Below, piece after piece: positions 9,971-20,949 of a stretch of 64,000 bases of DNA; position 1 is the first letter of the stretch; each line of letters opens with the position of its first letter. Both the position numbers and the translations under genes were made by a program. The notes below the pieces were generated by a model that did no database searches, was not told where the DNA came from, and worked only from the letters and a program-made list of their open reading frames with translations. Source of the stretch: Candidatus Hydrogenedentota bacterium. GTDB lineage: Bacteria; Hydrogenedentota; Hydrogenedentia; Hydrogenedentales; SLHB01. The DNA lies in assembly GCA_963745075.1 (NCBI GenBank), contig CAVUWV010000001.1:256001-320000 (forward strand), given 5' to 3'.

Positions 9971-12365
9971 ATGCGGTTTGGCAAGCGAAGCAAAAATCCA
10001 CTGTCCTGGGGTTGGCGCAGCACAAATGCCGTTCAAGCAGAGCCGGAGGGGGTTGTCGAGGAGCCCGAGGCAGAACCGTCCGTCGTTTCACTTGAAGAAT
10101 TCGTCGTTCGCAGTCCCGAACCGCCGACTGACCTGCCTCGCTCCGAAACGGGAGACCGCGTCGTGACCAGTGACCCAACGCAACGGCTTTTGACCTCACT
10201 CGGACGTTTCCAACGACACTTCATGAAGGCGCGTGAAGGCGCCTCGCAGGACCTATGGTCCGACGAATGCATGAATCACCTCATTCACGGCGTGGAAATC
10301 GCGCTCGAGCAGGATTGGGGGGATTCTGGTCGAAGCGTTGACCGAAACCGGCCGCATTCTCCAGAGTTATGAAGACGCGGGCCGCGCCAACGACTGCGTA
10401 CCGTTCCTCGCAGACAGTTACGAAATCCTTTGTTTAATGGTCGGCGACCTTATCGTCGACAAGGTCCGTCCCGGCGTACTGCGCAAGTGGCACGATTGTT
10501 ACGAACGGGCGCTGGATGACTTGGCCGCCCAAGGACTCGCGCTCGTCCAGGATGAAGACAGCGAATACCGCCGTCTGCAACGCCAGGCGGCCGAGTCTCC
10601 CAATCCCGAAGCGGCTGCACCGCCGGAGATTCCCGGGCATGCCGTCGCCTCGCCTTCGGAAGCGCCGGAAGGTTTTGAGCCGCCGGATCTTGGTCAGCTT
10701 CACGAACTCCCGCCCCTGACTCCCCTGGAAGGAAGCCCGTCGCACGACATTCCCGAGATGCCCCATTCACTCGGGAATGCGACGGACGCAGAAGAGTCGC
10801 CCTTCGATTCGGCAGACTTCGATGCGGAGACCGGTTCGTTTTCGGAGGAGGCCCCGGATTTGGCGCCTCCCGATTTGGAGACGCATATCGAAACCGGCGA
10901 CGCTTCCCTTCCGGAAGAGCCTGCGGCTGAGCCTCCGGAAGCTATCGAGACGACGTCCCCCGAGCCGCCCGTGGGTACTACGGGTCTGGACACCGAAAGC
11001 GCCGAGATCCTGGACATGCTTTGCGACGGTCTGGCACGAATCGAGAACGATCCCGAAGGGGCGCGCGGCACCGTGTTTCTCGCCATCGACGACGGTCTCA
11101 ACACCCTTCACCAGGGGGCGGCCCAGCGTGAATGGCACGGTTCGCTGCGCGCGTGCGAGGCCATGTCGCGTCTCTGCGAGGCCGCCGCCGCCTTCGACGG
11201 GCAGATGGGCGACCGCTTCTTTGAAACAGCCTACGCCTTTGGCGGCGTCTACGGGGAAGCGCAAGATCAAGCCGACGACGACAACCTGGTGAATTGGGTC
11301 TCCGAATGCGATGCGTTAATCGAGGAATGGCGTGCCGAGCCCGCGACCGCCGAATCGCCGGCCGGGGACTCGGAAGAATTGCCCTTTGAACTGCCCGCGA
11401 TGGACGATTCCTCCGGGAATGAACTCGAAGTGGAAGTGCCGTCGTTGGAGGAATCGGCTATGGAGATTACGCCGCCCGAACTTCCCGCGGAGACTTCCGC
11501 AAGCGAAACCGGAGCGGAAGAAGCGAGCACGGCGCTTGCCCCCGTGGAAACCCCTCAGGACAGCGCCGTCGTGGTGGGGCCCGACGAGGTCGTCGCCGGA
11601 GACGAAACCGAACCTGTCCAAGCCGGCGCGGAATACGTCGAGATTTCCTCGGCCGAGCCGCCTGCACCGGCGAAACGTCCCGAAGACGACCCGGCGACGC
11701 AATTCCTGGAGACGGCCCGGCTGGCCATGGGTACGGGAGCGTCTGCAGACGCCAAGTTGTTCGCCATGCAGGCCGCTGCCAGTATTGCCCAGGCGCAGGT
11801 AAAGGATGCCGAATCCCGCGTGCGCCAAGCCGAGATCCGGTTGCAGGAAACCGTTAAGTCCATCGAAAGCGCCCGCGCGCACGTCAAGAACGCAGAGGTG
11901 CAAGTCGAAGACGCTGAAGTGCACGTCGAGGAGGGGAAAGAAAACCTCGCGGACCGCGGGCGCCATACCCACGGCGTTATGGGAAGCCTGGAGGGCATCC
12001 GATCGCGTATAACCGACCTTGACCGCCGCATTCAGGAACTTCAGGCCCAGCGCGACGAAGCGAGTCGCCAGCAGTCGGCGGCCGAAGAGGCCCTCAATGA
12101 GGCGCGACAGCAGGAAAGCGAGACGAAAGAGCACCTCGACGCACTCAAAAATGCCGAGCAGATGGCCCGGGTCCAACTCGAGGATTGCCGCAGCCAGGTC
12201 AAGCTGCTTCAGCGTAAACAGGGCGAAATCGAGGCCTTGATGGAACGCGCGCGGGACACCCTGACGCGGTATCGCGAATCTATGGCGGATATCGACCGGA
12301 CCATCGAACTCATTCGGAACGCGGAATCCGGTCAAACCATCGAAGGCGACGAACTGTTGTTTTAG
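9971..12365 (+). CDS. Large acidic protein with helical domains and C-terminal coiled coil; frameshift at G6 run 10317-10322
   Basis: Removing one G joins 9971..10372 and 10338..12365 (EQDWGILVEALTETGR); E/P-rich linkers; heptad-rich C-terminal ~190 aa. Confidence 0.75.
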
Positions 12366-12476
12366 GTGCCGGGCGGGCCACCGGCCCGTAATCCCCGGAA
12401 ACAACCGTTCGTCTGCCGAGGATACGTGGGGGCTCGCCCGTGTCTCGATACTACACGATAAAACCAGGGACTCAGT

Positions 12477-13760
12477 GTGCGGAATCGCGGTGAAATTGTC
12501 GGTGTTGTCGACCTCGGATCCAGGGCGATTCGTGTGCTCATCGCGCGCCGGGAACCGGACGGCACGGTTCAAATCATCGGCCACGGCACGGCCCCCGGTC
12601 ACGGGTGCGTATCCCAAGGCGTCATTCAAGATCGCACTGCCGCACAGCTCGCCCTCAAACGCGCTCTCGCCGACGCCGAACGGGAAGCCCGGATCCGGGT
12701 GAGTTCGCTCTTCTGCGGCGTGAACGGTAAGAACGTGGACACCTTCATCCGCGAAGGCAACGTTAAAGTCGACCGCGAGGTCGTCGAACTCACCCACATG
12801 ACCGAAGCGCGCGATATCGCGTCCCGCGACATTCTGGCGGCAGGCAAACGGATCACCTCCTCCATCAGCGCGCAGGAATGGTACGTCGACGACATGCGGG
12901 TTATCGATCCCCTGGGCATTCGCGGGCAGGTCCTCAAGACGCGGGTTCACTTTGCCCGGATTCCGGGCGTCATCGAGGACAATCTCGTCGCCTGTATCGA
13001 ATCCCAGAGCCGCGAGCTGGAGGATATGATTTTTGTCCCGGTCGCGTCGGCCTTGGGGTGTCTGACACCGGAAGATATGGAACTTGGCGTAGCGGTCCTC
13101 GATTTGGGCCGCAGCATCAGCGGTCTCGCCGTGTACCGTGATTTCCGGATTCTGGGGACGAATTGCTTCGAGTGGGGCGGCTATCACATCACGCGCAACG
13201 TCGCGGCCGGCCTCCAAGTCAATTTCGAGGAAGCGGACGACCTGATTCTCGAATATGGGATTTCACAAGCCTGTATCAACGAAGAGTTTGCCGAGTCCAT
13301 GGCGGTCGCCATGCAAGTCAACGACGAGCGAACCGCGCGGGTCAAACTGAAATCGGCCGTGCCCGGCGCGCCGCCCATCGTCGATCGCGGCGACCTGGAC
13401 ATGATCGTCTTCGAACGTGCCAAGGAACTTCTCATCAAAGTTCGGCAATATCTCCATTCCCGTGGACTGACCAAGAACCTCGTGCGGGGTATCGTGCTTA
13501 CCGGTGGGGCAAGCCGTATCAAAAACTACACCGCACTGGCAGAGGCCGTGTTTCAGGTCCCGTGCCGCGTCGGTCTGCCGAACTCCGTCGAAATTCGGCC
13601 CCAGGCGGTCCAGGCCCCCGAATATTCAGCGGCGGTGGGCATCGTGCGCCATGCATTCGAGTACCGTGCCGCCGCGCGCAACGGCCGCGTGGAACCGCGA
13701 GGCGCGGTCGTCTCCCTGTCGAGGCGACTGGCGCGCTTTTTCAAACGCTACTTCTTGTAA
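12477..13760 (+). CDS. ftsA: Cell division protein FtsA (actin-like ATPase), outside a dcw cluster
   Basis: DLGS phosphate-1 motif, SHS2-like insert, LTPEDMELGVAVLDLG, VLTGGAS adenosine motif, VGLP, C-terminal amphipathic helix LSRRLARFFKRYFL. Confidence 0.9.
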   Translation: MRNRGEIVGVVDLGSRAIRVLIARREPDGTVQIIGHGTAPGHGCVSQGVIQDRTAAQLALKRALADAEREARIRVSSLFCGVNGKNVDTFIREGNVKVDREVVELTHMTEARDIASRDILAAGKRITSSISAQEWYVDDMRVIDPLGIRGQVLKTRVHFARIPGVIEDNLVACIESQSRELEDMIFVPVASALGCLTPEDMELGVAVLDLGRSISGLAVYRDFRILGTNCFEWGGYHITRNVAAGLQVNFEEADDLILEYGISQACINEEFAESMAVAMQVNDERTARVKLKSAVPGAPPIVDRGDLDMIVFERAKELLIKVRQYLHSRGLTKNLVRGIVLTGGASRIKNYTALAEAVFQVPCRVGLPNSVEIRPQAVQAPEYSAAVGIVRHAFEYRAAARNGRVEPRGAVVSLSRRLARFFKRYFL

Positions 13761-13969
13761 GTGTCGAATTACGGGGGACCGCTCGAGCCGCGACCGGTCG
13801 CAATCCGGGCCGGGCATCTGCTAGTATCTCCGCTTATGGGGTTGGGGTGATTCGTTATCGACGCCCTTTCCCCGTACCTGATTTGTGAGTTGAAATGCCA
13901 ATGGGCCAAGATTTGGCCGACACCCGTTCGCCTCGCCCGGGCACGAGACGGACCGGCAAGGAATCGACT

Positions 13970-16528
13970 ATGCCGAAAGTATGTACGTACACCGTTGTTC
14001 CCAAGATTCCACCCCGCCTCGAGCGGCTCCGTGACATTGCCAACAACGTCTGGTGGTGCTGGGACCACGAGGCCATCGAGCTTTTCTACCGTATCGACCG
14101 CGATCTCTGGGATCGGACCGGGCAAAATCCCGTCAGTACCCTCGGCGAAGCGACCCAGGCTCGCCTGGAAGAGTTGGAGCACGACGAAGGCTACTTGACG
14201 CAGTTGGATCGCGTCGCGGCCCGCCTTGATGATTACCTCACCAACAACCCGTGGCGGGAGCGAAATCCGGAGTCTCCCGAGGGGTTTAATGTTGCGTATC
14301 TTTCCGCAGAGTTTGGCCTGCACGAGTCCATCTCGATCTACTCGGGCGGTCTCGGGTTGTTGGCGGGGGACCATCTGAAGAGCGCCAGCGATTTGGGATT
14401 GCCCCTGGTCGGCGTCGGGTTGTTGTACCGGGAAGGTTACCACCGTCAATACCTGAATGCCGATGGTTGGCAACAAGAACGGTATCCCCACAACGACGTC
14501 TACAAAATGCCCATGGTGCTCATGCGAGACCAGAGCGGGGCCCCGCTCTTGGTCGCGGTCGAGTACCCCGAGCGCACGGTCAAATCGCGGGTCTGGAAAT
14601 GCCAGGTGGGTCGGGTGCCCCTGTATCTGCTCGACACCGATTTTGACGGCAACGACCCCGATGACCGGGAGATTACCGCGCGGCTGTACGGTGGCGACCG
14701 CGACATGCGCATTCGTCAGGAAATCCTGCTCGGCATCGGCGCCGTGAAGTTGCTCCACGCCATCGAAGTGTTCCCAACCGTGTATCACATGAACGAGGGT
14801 CACGCGGCCTTCATGACGCTCCAGCGCATCAAAGAGCTGATTCTACAAGAAGGTCTCACCTTCGAGCAGGCCGTCGACTCGGTCAAGGCGGCCAGCGTCT
14901 TCACGACACACACGCCGGTTTCCGCCGGCAACGACATGTTTTCGCCCGAGATGGTCGAGCATTACTTCCGTTCCTACTGCGAAGAGACCGGTATCAACAT
15001 CGACCAATTGCTGGCCCTCGGCCGTCAAGATCCCAACGACTCCCGTGAACCGTTCTGCATGACCGTCCTGGCGTTGAAAGTCTCCGCGGCCGCCAACGGC
15101 GTCAGCAAACTCCACGGTGAAACGGCGCGCAGCATGTGGTCGCGCACGTGGCACGGCATACCCGAGGACGAGGTCCCCGTTACATCAATCACCAACGGTG
15201 TACACACCAACTTTTGGGTTTCACGGGATCTCGGCGAACTGTACGACCGCTATCTCGGACCGGGGTGGGTGTCCAATCCCGCCGACAACGGCATCTGGTC
15301 CAGGATGAATGATGTGCCGGATGCGGAACTGTGGCGCACCCACGAACGCCGCCGGGAACGCCTCGTAACCTTCGCCCGGCACCGGTTGGTGCGCAGCCTG
15401 ACCAACCGCGGCGCGTCCAATGCCGAGATTGCCGCCGCAGGAGAAGTGTTGGATCCGGAAGCGTTAATCATCGGTTTCGCCCGGCGATTCGCAACGTACA
15501 AACGCGCGAACCTGTTTCTTACGGATCCCGAGCGGTTCGTGCGGCTTCTGAAAAACGATGGCCGCCCCGTTCAAATGCTCATTGCAGGAAAGGCCCATCC
15601 GCAAGACAACCAGGGCAAGGAACTGATTCGGAATATCATTCATTTCGTGCGCCGGTACGACGTGCGCAACCAGGTCGTGTTTCTTGAAGACTACGACATC
15701 AATGTGGCCCGCTACATGGTGCAGGGGGTGGACTGCTGGCTGAATACGCCGCGCCGTCCCATGGAAGCCAGCGGTACCAGCGGTATGAAAGCGGCAGCCA
15801 ACGGCGTCCTGAACATCAGTATCTCCGACGGATGGTGGTGTGAGGCCGAAGTCCTCGGGGAGAACGGGTGGACCATCGGCCATGGCGAGTCCTATGCCAA
15901 CACCGACGAGCAAGATCTGGTCGAGAGCCAGATGTTGTACGAACTTCTCGAACGGGAAATCGTCCCCGCCTTCTACGATCGTGGCCGCGATGGCTTGCCC
16001 CGCGAATGGATCCGCCGCATGAAGACGGCGATCCAGACGATCGCCCCGTATTTCACCACCCATCGCATGGTCCAGGAGTACGCGGACCGTTTCTATATCC
16101 CCTGCACCGTGCGCCGCAATGCCCTTCGGGAAGACAAACGCGCCCGGTCCCTCGCGCTGACAAAGTGGAAGCAGAAGATTCGCGCCGCGTGGGACAAAGT
16201 CCACTTCCTCGAGGTCGAATCGGGGCCGACCGAGGGCCTTCTGTACAGCACGAGCCTCCCGGTGAAAGCCGACTTGCGCCTGGACAAGCTCAAGGATACG
16301 GATGTCACCGTCGAGATGTATTATGGCGACGTGGATCCGTTCGAGCGCATCACGAACGGACGCACCGCGGAGATGAAGTGCACGGGCAAATTAGACGGCA
16401 GCATCTACCGTTTTGAAGGTGAAATCTACTGCGACAAGACAGGCGAGCAGGGGTTTACCGTTCGGGCGATACCCACGCATCCCGATTTGCATAACAAACA
16501 CGAGATGGCCCTCATCGTTTGGGCGTAG
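13970..16528 (+). CDS. glgP: Alpha-glucan (glycogen/starch) phosphorylase
   Basis: YSGGLGLLAGDHLKSASDLG, HMNEGH, FARRFATYKRA and EASGTSGMKA PLP-lysine motifs. Confidence 0.95.
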   Translation: MPKVCTYTVVPKIPPRLERLRDIANNVWWCWDHEAIELFYRIDRDLWDRTGQNPVSTLGEATQARLEELEHDEGYLTQLDRVAARLDDYLTNNPWRERNPESPEGFNVAYLSAEFGLHESISIYSGGLGLLAGDHLKSASDLGLPLVGVGLLYREGYHRQYLNADGWQQERYPHNDVYKMPMVLMRDQSGAPLLVAVEYPERTVKSRVWKCQVGRVPLYLLDTDFDGNDPDDREITARLYGGDRDMRIRQEILLGIGAVKLLHAIEVFPTVYHMNEGHAAFMTLQRIKELILQEGLTFEQAVDSVKAASVFTTHTPVSAGNDMFSPEMVEHYFRSYCEETGINIDQLLALGRQDPNDSREPFCMTVLALKVSAAANGVSKLHGETARSMWSRTWHGIPEDEVPVTSITNGVHTNFWVSRDLGELYDRYLGPGWVSNPADNGIWSRMNDVPDAELWRTHERRRERLVTFARHRLVRSLTNRGASNAEIAAAGEVLDPEALIIGFARRFATYKRANLFLTDPERFVRLLKNDGRPVQMLIAGKAHPQDNQGKELIRNIIHFVRRYDVRNQVVFLEDYDINVARYMVQGVDCWLNTPRRPMEASGTSGMKAAANGVLNISISDGWWCEAEVLGENGWTIGHGESYANTDEQDLVESQMLYELLEREIVPAFYDRGRDGLPREWIRRMKTAIQTIAPYFTTHRMVQEYADRFYIPCTVRRNALREDKRARSLALTKWKQKIRAAWDKVHFLEVESGPTEGLLYSTSLPVKADLRLDKLKDTDVTVEMYYGDVDPFERITNGRTAEMKCTGKLDGSIYRFEGEIYCDKTGEQGFTVRAIPTHPDLHNKHEMALIVWA

Positions 16529-16558
16529 GGCGATGTAAGCCCCCTGAAGCCAAGCGTT

Positions 16559-16588
16559 TTGCGTTGGTTCCCTCCCCGGCGGTATACT
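16559..16588 (+). promoter_or_regulatory. Putative sigma70 promoter for aroF-scpB
   Basis: TTGCGT-N18-TATACT about 46 nt upstream of ATG 16635. Confidence 0.4.
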
Positions 16589-16634
16589 TCGCCGGCTGGT
16601 TCTCATTTCATCCAATCAACAAGGATAACGTGCC

Positions 16635-17651
16635 ATGATTATCGTTATGGCCTCCCGCGACCGGGAGGACATAAACCGGGTCGTCCGGAAAGTCGAAGAA
16701 TTCGGCTATCAGGCGCATCTCATCGAAGGCGTCGAACGCACCGTTATCGGCGCAGTGGGCGACGAACGCACCAAGCAACAGTTGCTGTCCCTCGAGTCGA
16801 TGCCGGGTGTCGAAGCGGTGATGCCCATTCTGAAGCCGTTCAAGTTGGCCGGCCGGGAACTTCGCCCCGATCCCAGCGTCGTCGAGGTCGGCCCGGTGCG
16901 AATCGGCGCAGGCCATTTCTGCGTGATCGCAGGTCCGTGTTCGGTGGAAAGTCGCGAACAGATTCTCGAAACGGCCCGAGCCGTCAAGGAAGCGGGCGGA
17001 AACATGCTCCGTGGAGGGGCCTACAAGCCCCGGACGTCTCCCTATAGCTTTCAAGGGCTCGAAGAAGAAGGCTTGAAACTGCTACACGAAGCGAGCCGTG
17101 AAACGCGTTTGCCCTTCGTTACCGAGGTGATGACGCCCGAGCAGGTTCCGCTTGTGGAATCCTATGCCGACATGCTGCAAGTGGGCGCCCGCAACATGCA
17201 AAACTACGGGCTGTTGAAGGCTGTCGGAAAAGCCGGCAAACCGGTCTTTCTCAAACGCGGCATGATGTCGACGATAAACGAACTGCTGATGTCGGCGGAA
17301 TACATCATGTCGGAAGGTAACCCGGACGTCGTGTTGTGCGAGCGGGGGATTCGTACGTTCGAAACCGAAACCCGCAACACCTTCGACATCTCGGCGATTC
17401 CGGTGCTCCGCAAGCTGAGTCATCTCCCCGTCGTCGCCGATCCCAGTCACGCGACCGGTCATTGGGATATGGTGATTCCCATGGCAATGGCAGCGCTAGC
17501 GGCCGGAGCCGACGGGCTCATGGTGGAAGTCCATCCACGCCCTATGGAAGCATTCTCGGATGGTGCCCAATCCTTGAAACCGAAACGTTTCCGTGAATTG
17601 ATGGACGGCGCTCGACGTTATCTGGACGTGGCCGGCAAGACATTGGGGTAA
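16635..17651 (+). CDS. aroF: DAHP synthase type I-beta with N-terminal regulatory domain
   Basis: [41 protein letters not shown] and SDGAQSL motifs. Confidence 0.95.
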   Translation: MIIVMASRDREDINRVVRKVEEFGYQAHLIEGVERTVIGAVGDERTKQQLLSLESMPGVEAVMPILKPFKLAGRELRPDPSVVEVGPVRIGAGHFCVIAGPCSVESREQILETARAVKEAGGNMLRGGAYKPRTSPYSFQGLEEEGLKLLHEASRETRLPFVTEVMTPEQVPLVESYADMLQVGARNMQNYGLLKAVGKAGKPVFLKRGMMSTINELLMSAEYIMSEGNPDVVLCERGIRTFETETRNTFDISAIPVLRKLSHLPVVADPSHATGHWDMVIPMAMAALAAGADGLMVEVHPRPMEAFSDGAQSLKPKRFRELMDGARRYLDVAGKTLG

Positions 17652-17653
17652 CG

Positions 17654-18241
17654 ATGGCAGATCAGGAACTGGAAGAAGACCTCGAGTCTGGCGACAACGA
17701 GCCGATTGAAAGCCTCGGGCGCGACGAAACGCGTCAGGCCTTGCACGCGCTCCTTTTTGTGAGCGATCGGCCGCTGAGCGCGGATCGATTGGCCGAGGCC
17801 CTGGGCGACATCGATCGAGACGTGGTGGCGACCCTCCTGGACGAGTTGCGCGAAGACCTGGACGAGAAAGGCGCCCCCTACGTGTTGCGCGAAATCGCGG
17901 GCGGGTATCAACTGACCACCAAGGGCGCCTACGCGCCGTACATCCGGCGGCTTCTGCAAATCAAAAAGAGCAACCGCCTTTCGCGCGCGGTGCTCGAGAC
18001 GTTGGCGATCATTGCATACAAACAACCCGTCACCCGTTCGGAGGTCGAGGCGGTTCGCGGCGTCAGTGTATCGCACGCCTTCGACATTCTTCAGGAAAAG
18101 CGCCTGATCAAGGTGGCCGGCATCGCCGAAGTGCCGGGACGGCCTCGCTTGTATCGCACCACGGAAGAATTCCTCGTGCACTTCGGGATCAAAAGCCTCA
18201 AAGAGCTTCCCAGCATCGAGGAATTGCGTGAGATGATGTAG
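17654..18241 (+). CDS. scpB: SMC-Scp complex subunit ScpB
   Basis: LSRAVLETLAIIAYKQPVTRSEVEAVRGV and GRPRLYRTTEEFL motifs. Confidence 0.95.
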   Translation: MADQELEEDLESGDNEPIESLGRDETRQALHALLFVSDRPLSADRLAEALGDIDRDVVATLLDELREDLDEKGAPYVLREIAGGYQLTTKGAYAPYIRRLLQIKKSNRLSRAVLETLAIIAYKQPVTRSEVEAVRGVSVSHAFDILQEKRLIKVAGIAEVPGRPRLYRTTEEFLVHFGIKSLKELPSIEELREMM

Positions 18242-18329
18242 TCCTCGCCAAGGCTTCCGCCCGTCAAAAGGAAATGATTGTAGATCACCCCTCATGTCGA
18301 TCGTGTGAGGAAAACCGGGTTGTCTCGTC

Positions 18330-19082
18330 ATGCGCCTCCAACAATTCATAGCCACCTGCGGGCTTGCGTCGCGCCGGCGCGCGGAAGAACTCATCGTCGA
18401 GGGACGCGTAACCGTAAACGGAGTAATCGCGCAACTTGGCGCACAGGTCGATCCTCTTACGGATAAGATCGCGGTGGACGGACGCACGCTCGAACCGGAA
18501 ACTTCAGTCTATATTCTTCTCAACAAACCCCGGGGAGTCGTTACCACGGTGCGGGACACGCACGGCCGAGGTACCGTAATGGACTGCCTGGCAGCGCTTG
18601 ATGCACGCGTGTTCCCGGTCGGTCGGTTCGATCGGGACGTCGACGGTGCTTTGCTCCTGACCAACGACGGTGAATTGGCATTTCGACTCACGCACCCGAG
18701 GTTCGAAGTGACGAAGACGTACCGCGTATGGGTCACAGGCGATATGTCGGTGGAGACGGCCGCCCGCTTGGCCAGGGGGGTCATGCTCGACGACGGCCTG
18801 ACGGCCCGATGTCAGGTGAAGATCCTGTCGCGCATGCGCGGACGCACCCAAATCGAACTTGTCCTGCATGAGGGCCGAAACCGCGAGGTCAAGCGTATGT
18901 GCAATGCCGTCAACCACCCCGTGAAGCAGTTGTCGCGTATCGCATTTGCCGGCCTAACCGTGAGAAACCTCAGCGCAGGCGAATGGAGGCAGTTGGACTC
19001 GGAAGAAGTCGCGTCTTTGCGCAAACGTGTCGGACTGGAAGATCTGAAACCAGGATCACAAGGTATCGACCATGACGAGTGA
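18330..19082 (+). CDS. rluB: RsuA/RluB-family rRNA pseudouridine synthase
   Basis: S4 domain (SRRRAEELI), NKPRG, catalytic VGRFDRD, EGRNREVKRM; follows scpB. Confidence 0.85.
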   Translation: MRLQQFIATCGLASRRRAEELIVEGRVTVNGVIAQLGAQVDPLTDKIAVDGRTLEPETSVYILLNKPRGVVTTVRDTHGRGTVMDCLAALDARVFPVGRFDRDVDGALLLTNDGELAFRLTHPRFEVTKTYRVWVTGDMSVETAARLARGVMLDDGLTARCQVKILSRMRGRTQIELVLHEGRNREVKRMCNAVNHPVKQLSRIAFAGLTVRNLSAGEWRQLDSEEVASLRKRVGLEDLKPGSQGIDHDE

Positions 19083-20028
19083 GACGGCGAAAATCGACGA
19101 CTCGTCTCCGTTGCAGCCGGGCCATACTCGCGAGGCGCTTTGGCAACGTCGCATACGCTTGGAGCGCGCGTTCCAGCGTGCCCGCGAAGCGGGCGAGGGC
19201 GATCTGGGGGATCGATTGTCCCGTTCGCGCGTGCCGGAATGGATCCTGCGCGGTGTCGGTTTATGGAACCGCGGTATTCGGAACGCCCTCCGGCCGCGTC
19301 TGGTCGAGCGCGATCTACCCGTTCCCGCGTTGCCGGACCATTTGCAGGGATTCCGTCTGCTGCACGTCTCAGATTTCCATTTCAACGCACAGTTTCCCCA
19401 GTTTGCTCGAATTGTCCGCGACCTTTTATCTGGCGTCGAGGCAGACCTGTGTGTGTTTACGGGGGACTATCAGTTCTCGCATCGCGGGAACTACGATCGC
19501 GTCCTGCGCGATATGGCCATTGTGATGAAAGGGATATCGGCACGCCACGGAGTCCTCGGAATTCTCGGTAACCATGATCTCTCGGTGTTCGTGGAACCCT
19601 TTCGGGAATTGGGCATCGACATGTTAATCAACGAAAACCGCCGCATCCGGGCTGCAAATGGCGGACTTTGGATCGCGGGGGTTGACGACCAGCACCGCTA
19701 CCACTGCGAAAGTCTTGCACTTGCGACCGAAGGCATCCCTCCCAATGCCTTCACGATACTCTTGGCCCATTCTCCCGAACTTGCCATGAGCGCCCCAGGC
19801 TACGGCATTCGCGTGTACCTGTGCGGGCACACGCATTGGGGGCAGGTCCAGTTGCCGGGGGTGGGCGCGCTGACGTACAACTCGCGGTGCGCTTCCCGCT
19901 TCTGTGAAGGATCGTGGCAGGTGAATTCTATGGCCGGCTACACGACGGCGGGAATCGGCACGACCGACCTGCCCCTCCGCTTTAACTGCCCCTCGGAAGC
20001 GTGTGTCCTAACCCTGGTACCGGCCTGA
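19072..20028 (+). CDS. Calcineurin-like metallophosphoesterase
   Basis: SDFH, TGD, GNHD, LAHSP and GHTH motifs. Confidence 0.9.
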   Translation: MTSETAKIDDSSPLQPGHTREALWQRRIRLERAFQRAREAGEGDLGDRLSRSRVPEWILRGVGLWNRGIRNALRPRLVERDLPVPALPDHLQGFRLLHVSDFHFNAQFPQFARIVRDLLSGVEADLCVFTGDYQFSHRGNYDRVLRDMAIVMKGISARHGVLGILGNHDLSVFVEPFRELGIDMLINENRRIRAANGGLWIAGVDDQHRYHCESLALATEGIPPNAFTILLAHSPELAMSAPGYGIRVYLCGHTHWGQVQLPGVGALTYNSRCASRFCEGSWQVNSMAGYTTAGIGTTDLPLRFNCPSEACVLTLVPA

Positions 20029-20943
20029 CTCTTCGGTCATGTCCGGCTTCCAGACGAGAACTTTCGCCTTTCCCTCATTCTTGGATCGATACATGGCCGA
20101 GTCGGCCCGAGCGCACAATGTTTCAAAATCGCTTCCGTCGCGGGGGGCTTCAACCAGACCCGCGCTGAAGGTCAGCAGGCGGGATCCCTCTTCCTCGGAA
20201 AGCTGCTTGAACGTCGCGTGCATACGCTCGACGATTCGCAATCCAATATCCTCGGGCGTTTCGGGGAAATACAGGACAAACTCCTCGCCGCCATACCGGC
20301 CGACGATGTCGACGGTCCGGATGTCCTTGGTCAGCGCGGCCGCCAGTTGCTTCAAAGCGTGATCGCCCGCGGCATGGCCGAACTCGTCGTTCACCCGTTT
20401 GAACTCATCAATATCGAGAAACACCAAGGTCGCCACCGCCGGATAGCGCTTGATGCGCTCCAGTTCGCGCTCGATTTCACGTTGCAGCGTTTGCCGGTTC
20501 AGCAGCTTCGTGAGCGGATCCAGGCGCGCGACACGCGCAAAATTCTCGTGCCGCCGCAGCACGGCGTGCACCCGGGCCAGCAAGACTTCCGGATCGAAAG
20601 GCTTCGTGATGTATTCGTCGGCTCCGGTGGACAATCCGTGAATCTGATCTTCGGCCGTCGTCTTTGCGGTCAGGAAGATAAAAGGAATCTCACGGAGGAC
20701 GGGGTCGTCGTTGATGCGCTCCCGAAACGTAAATCCGTCCATTTCCGGCATCATCACATCGCACACAATGAGGTCCACGGTGACAATATCGAGCTTGTGG
20801 AGGGCGCTTACACCGTCTTCCGCGCTGAATACCTGGAAGCCCGCTTCCGAGAGATTGTAGGCAAGCAGCTCCGAGGTGTGCGGATCGTCCTCGACGACAA
20901 GCACGGTATACGTTCTCGGGTCTTCAGTGATGGCGTTGTCCAT
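20008..20943 (-). CDS. Response regulator-diguanylate cyclase (REC-GGDEF)
   Basis: REC motifs VEDD, DVMMPEMDG, KPF; GGEEF active site with RTVD I-site. Confidence 0.93.
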   Translation of the reverse strand: MDNAITEDPRTYTVLVVEDDPHTSELLAYNLSEAGFQVFSAEDGVSALHKLDIVTVDLIVCDVMMPEMDGFTFRERINDDPVLREIPFIFLTAKTTAEDQIHGLSTGADEYITKPFDPEVLLARVHAVLRRHENFARVARLDPLTKLLNRQTLQREIERELERIKRYPAVATLVFLDIDEFKRVNDEFGHAAGDHALKQLAAALTKDIRTVDIVGRYGGEEFVLYFPETPEDIGLRIVERMHATFKQLSEEEGSRLLTFSAGLVEAPRDGSDFETLCARADSAMYRSKNEGKAKVLVWKPDMTEESGRYQG

Positions 20944-20949
20944 TCCGAA

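Noticed and set aside
11316..13217. Long antisense ORFs (also 3966-5243, 20218-21576, 54167-55714 and others)
   Set aside because: Shadows of well-supported opposite-strand genes in GC-rich DNA, with no motifs.
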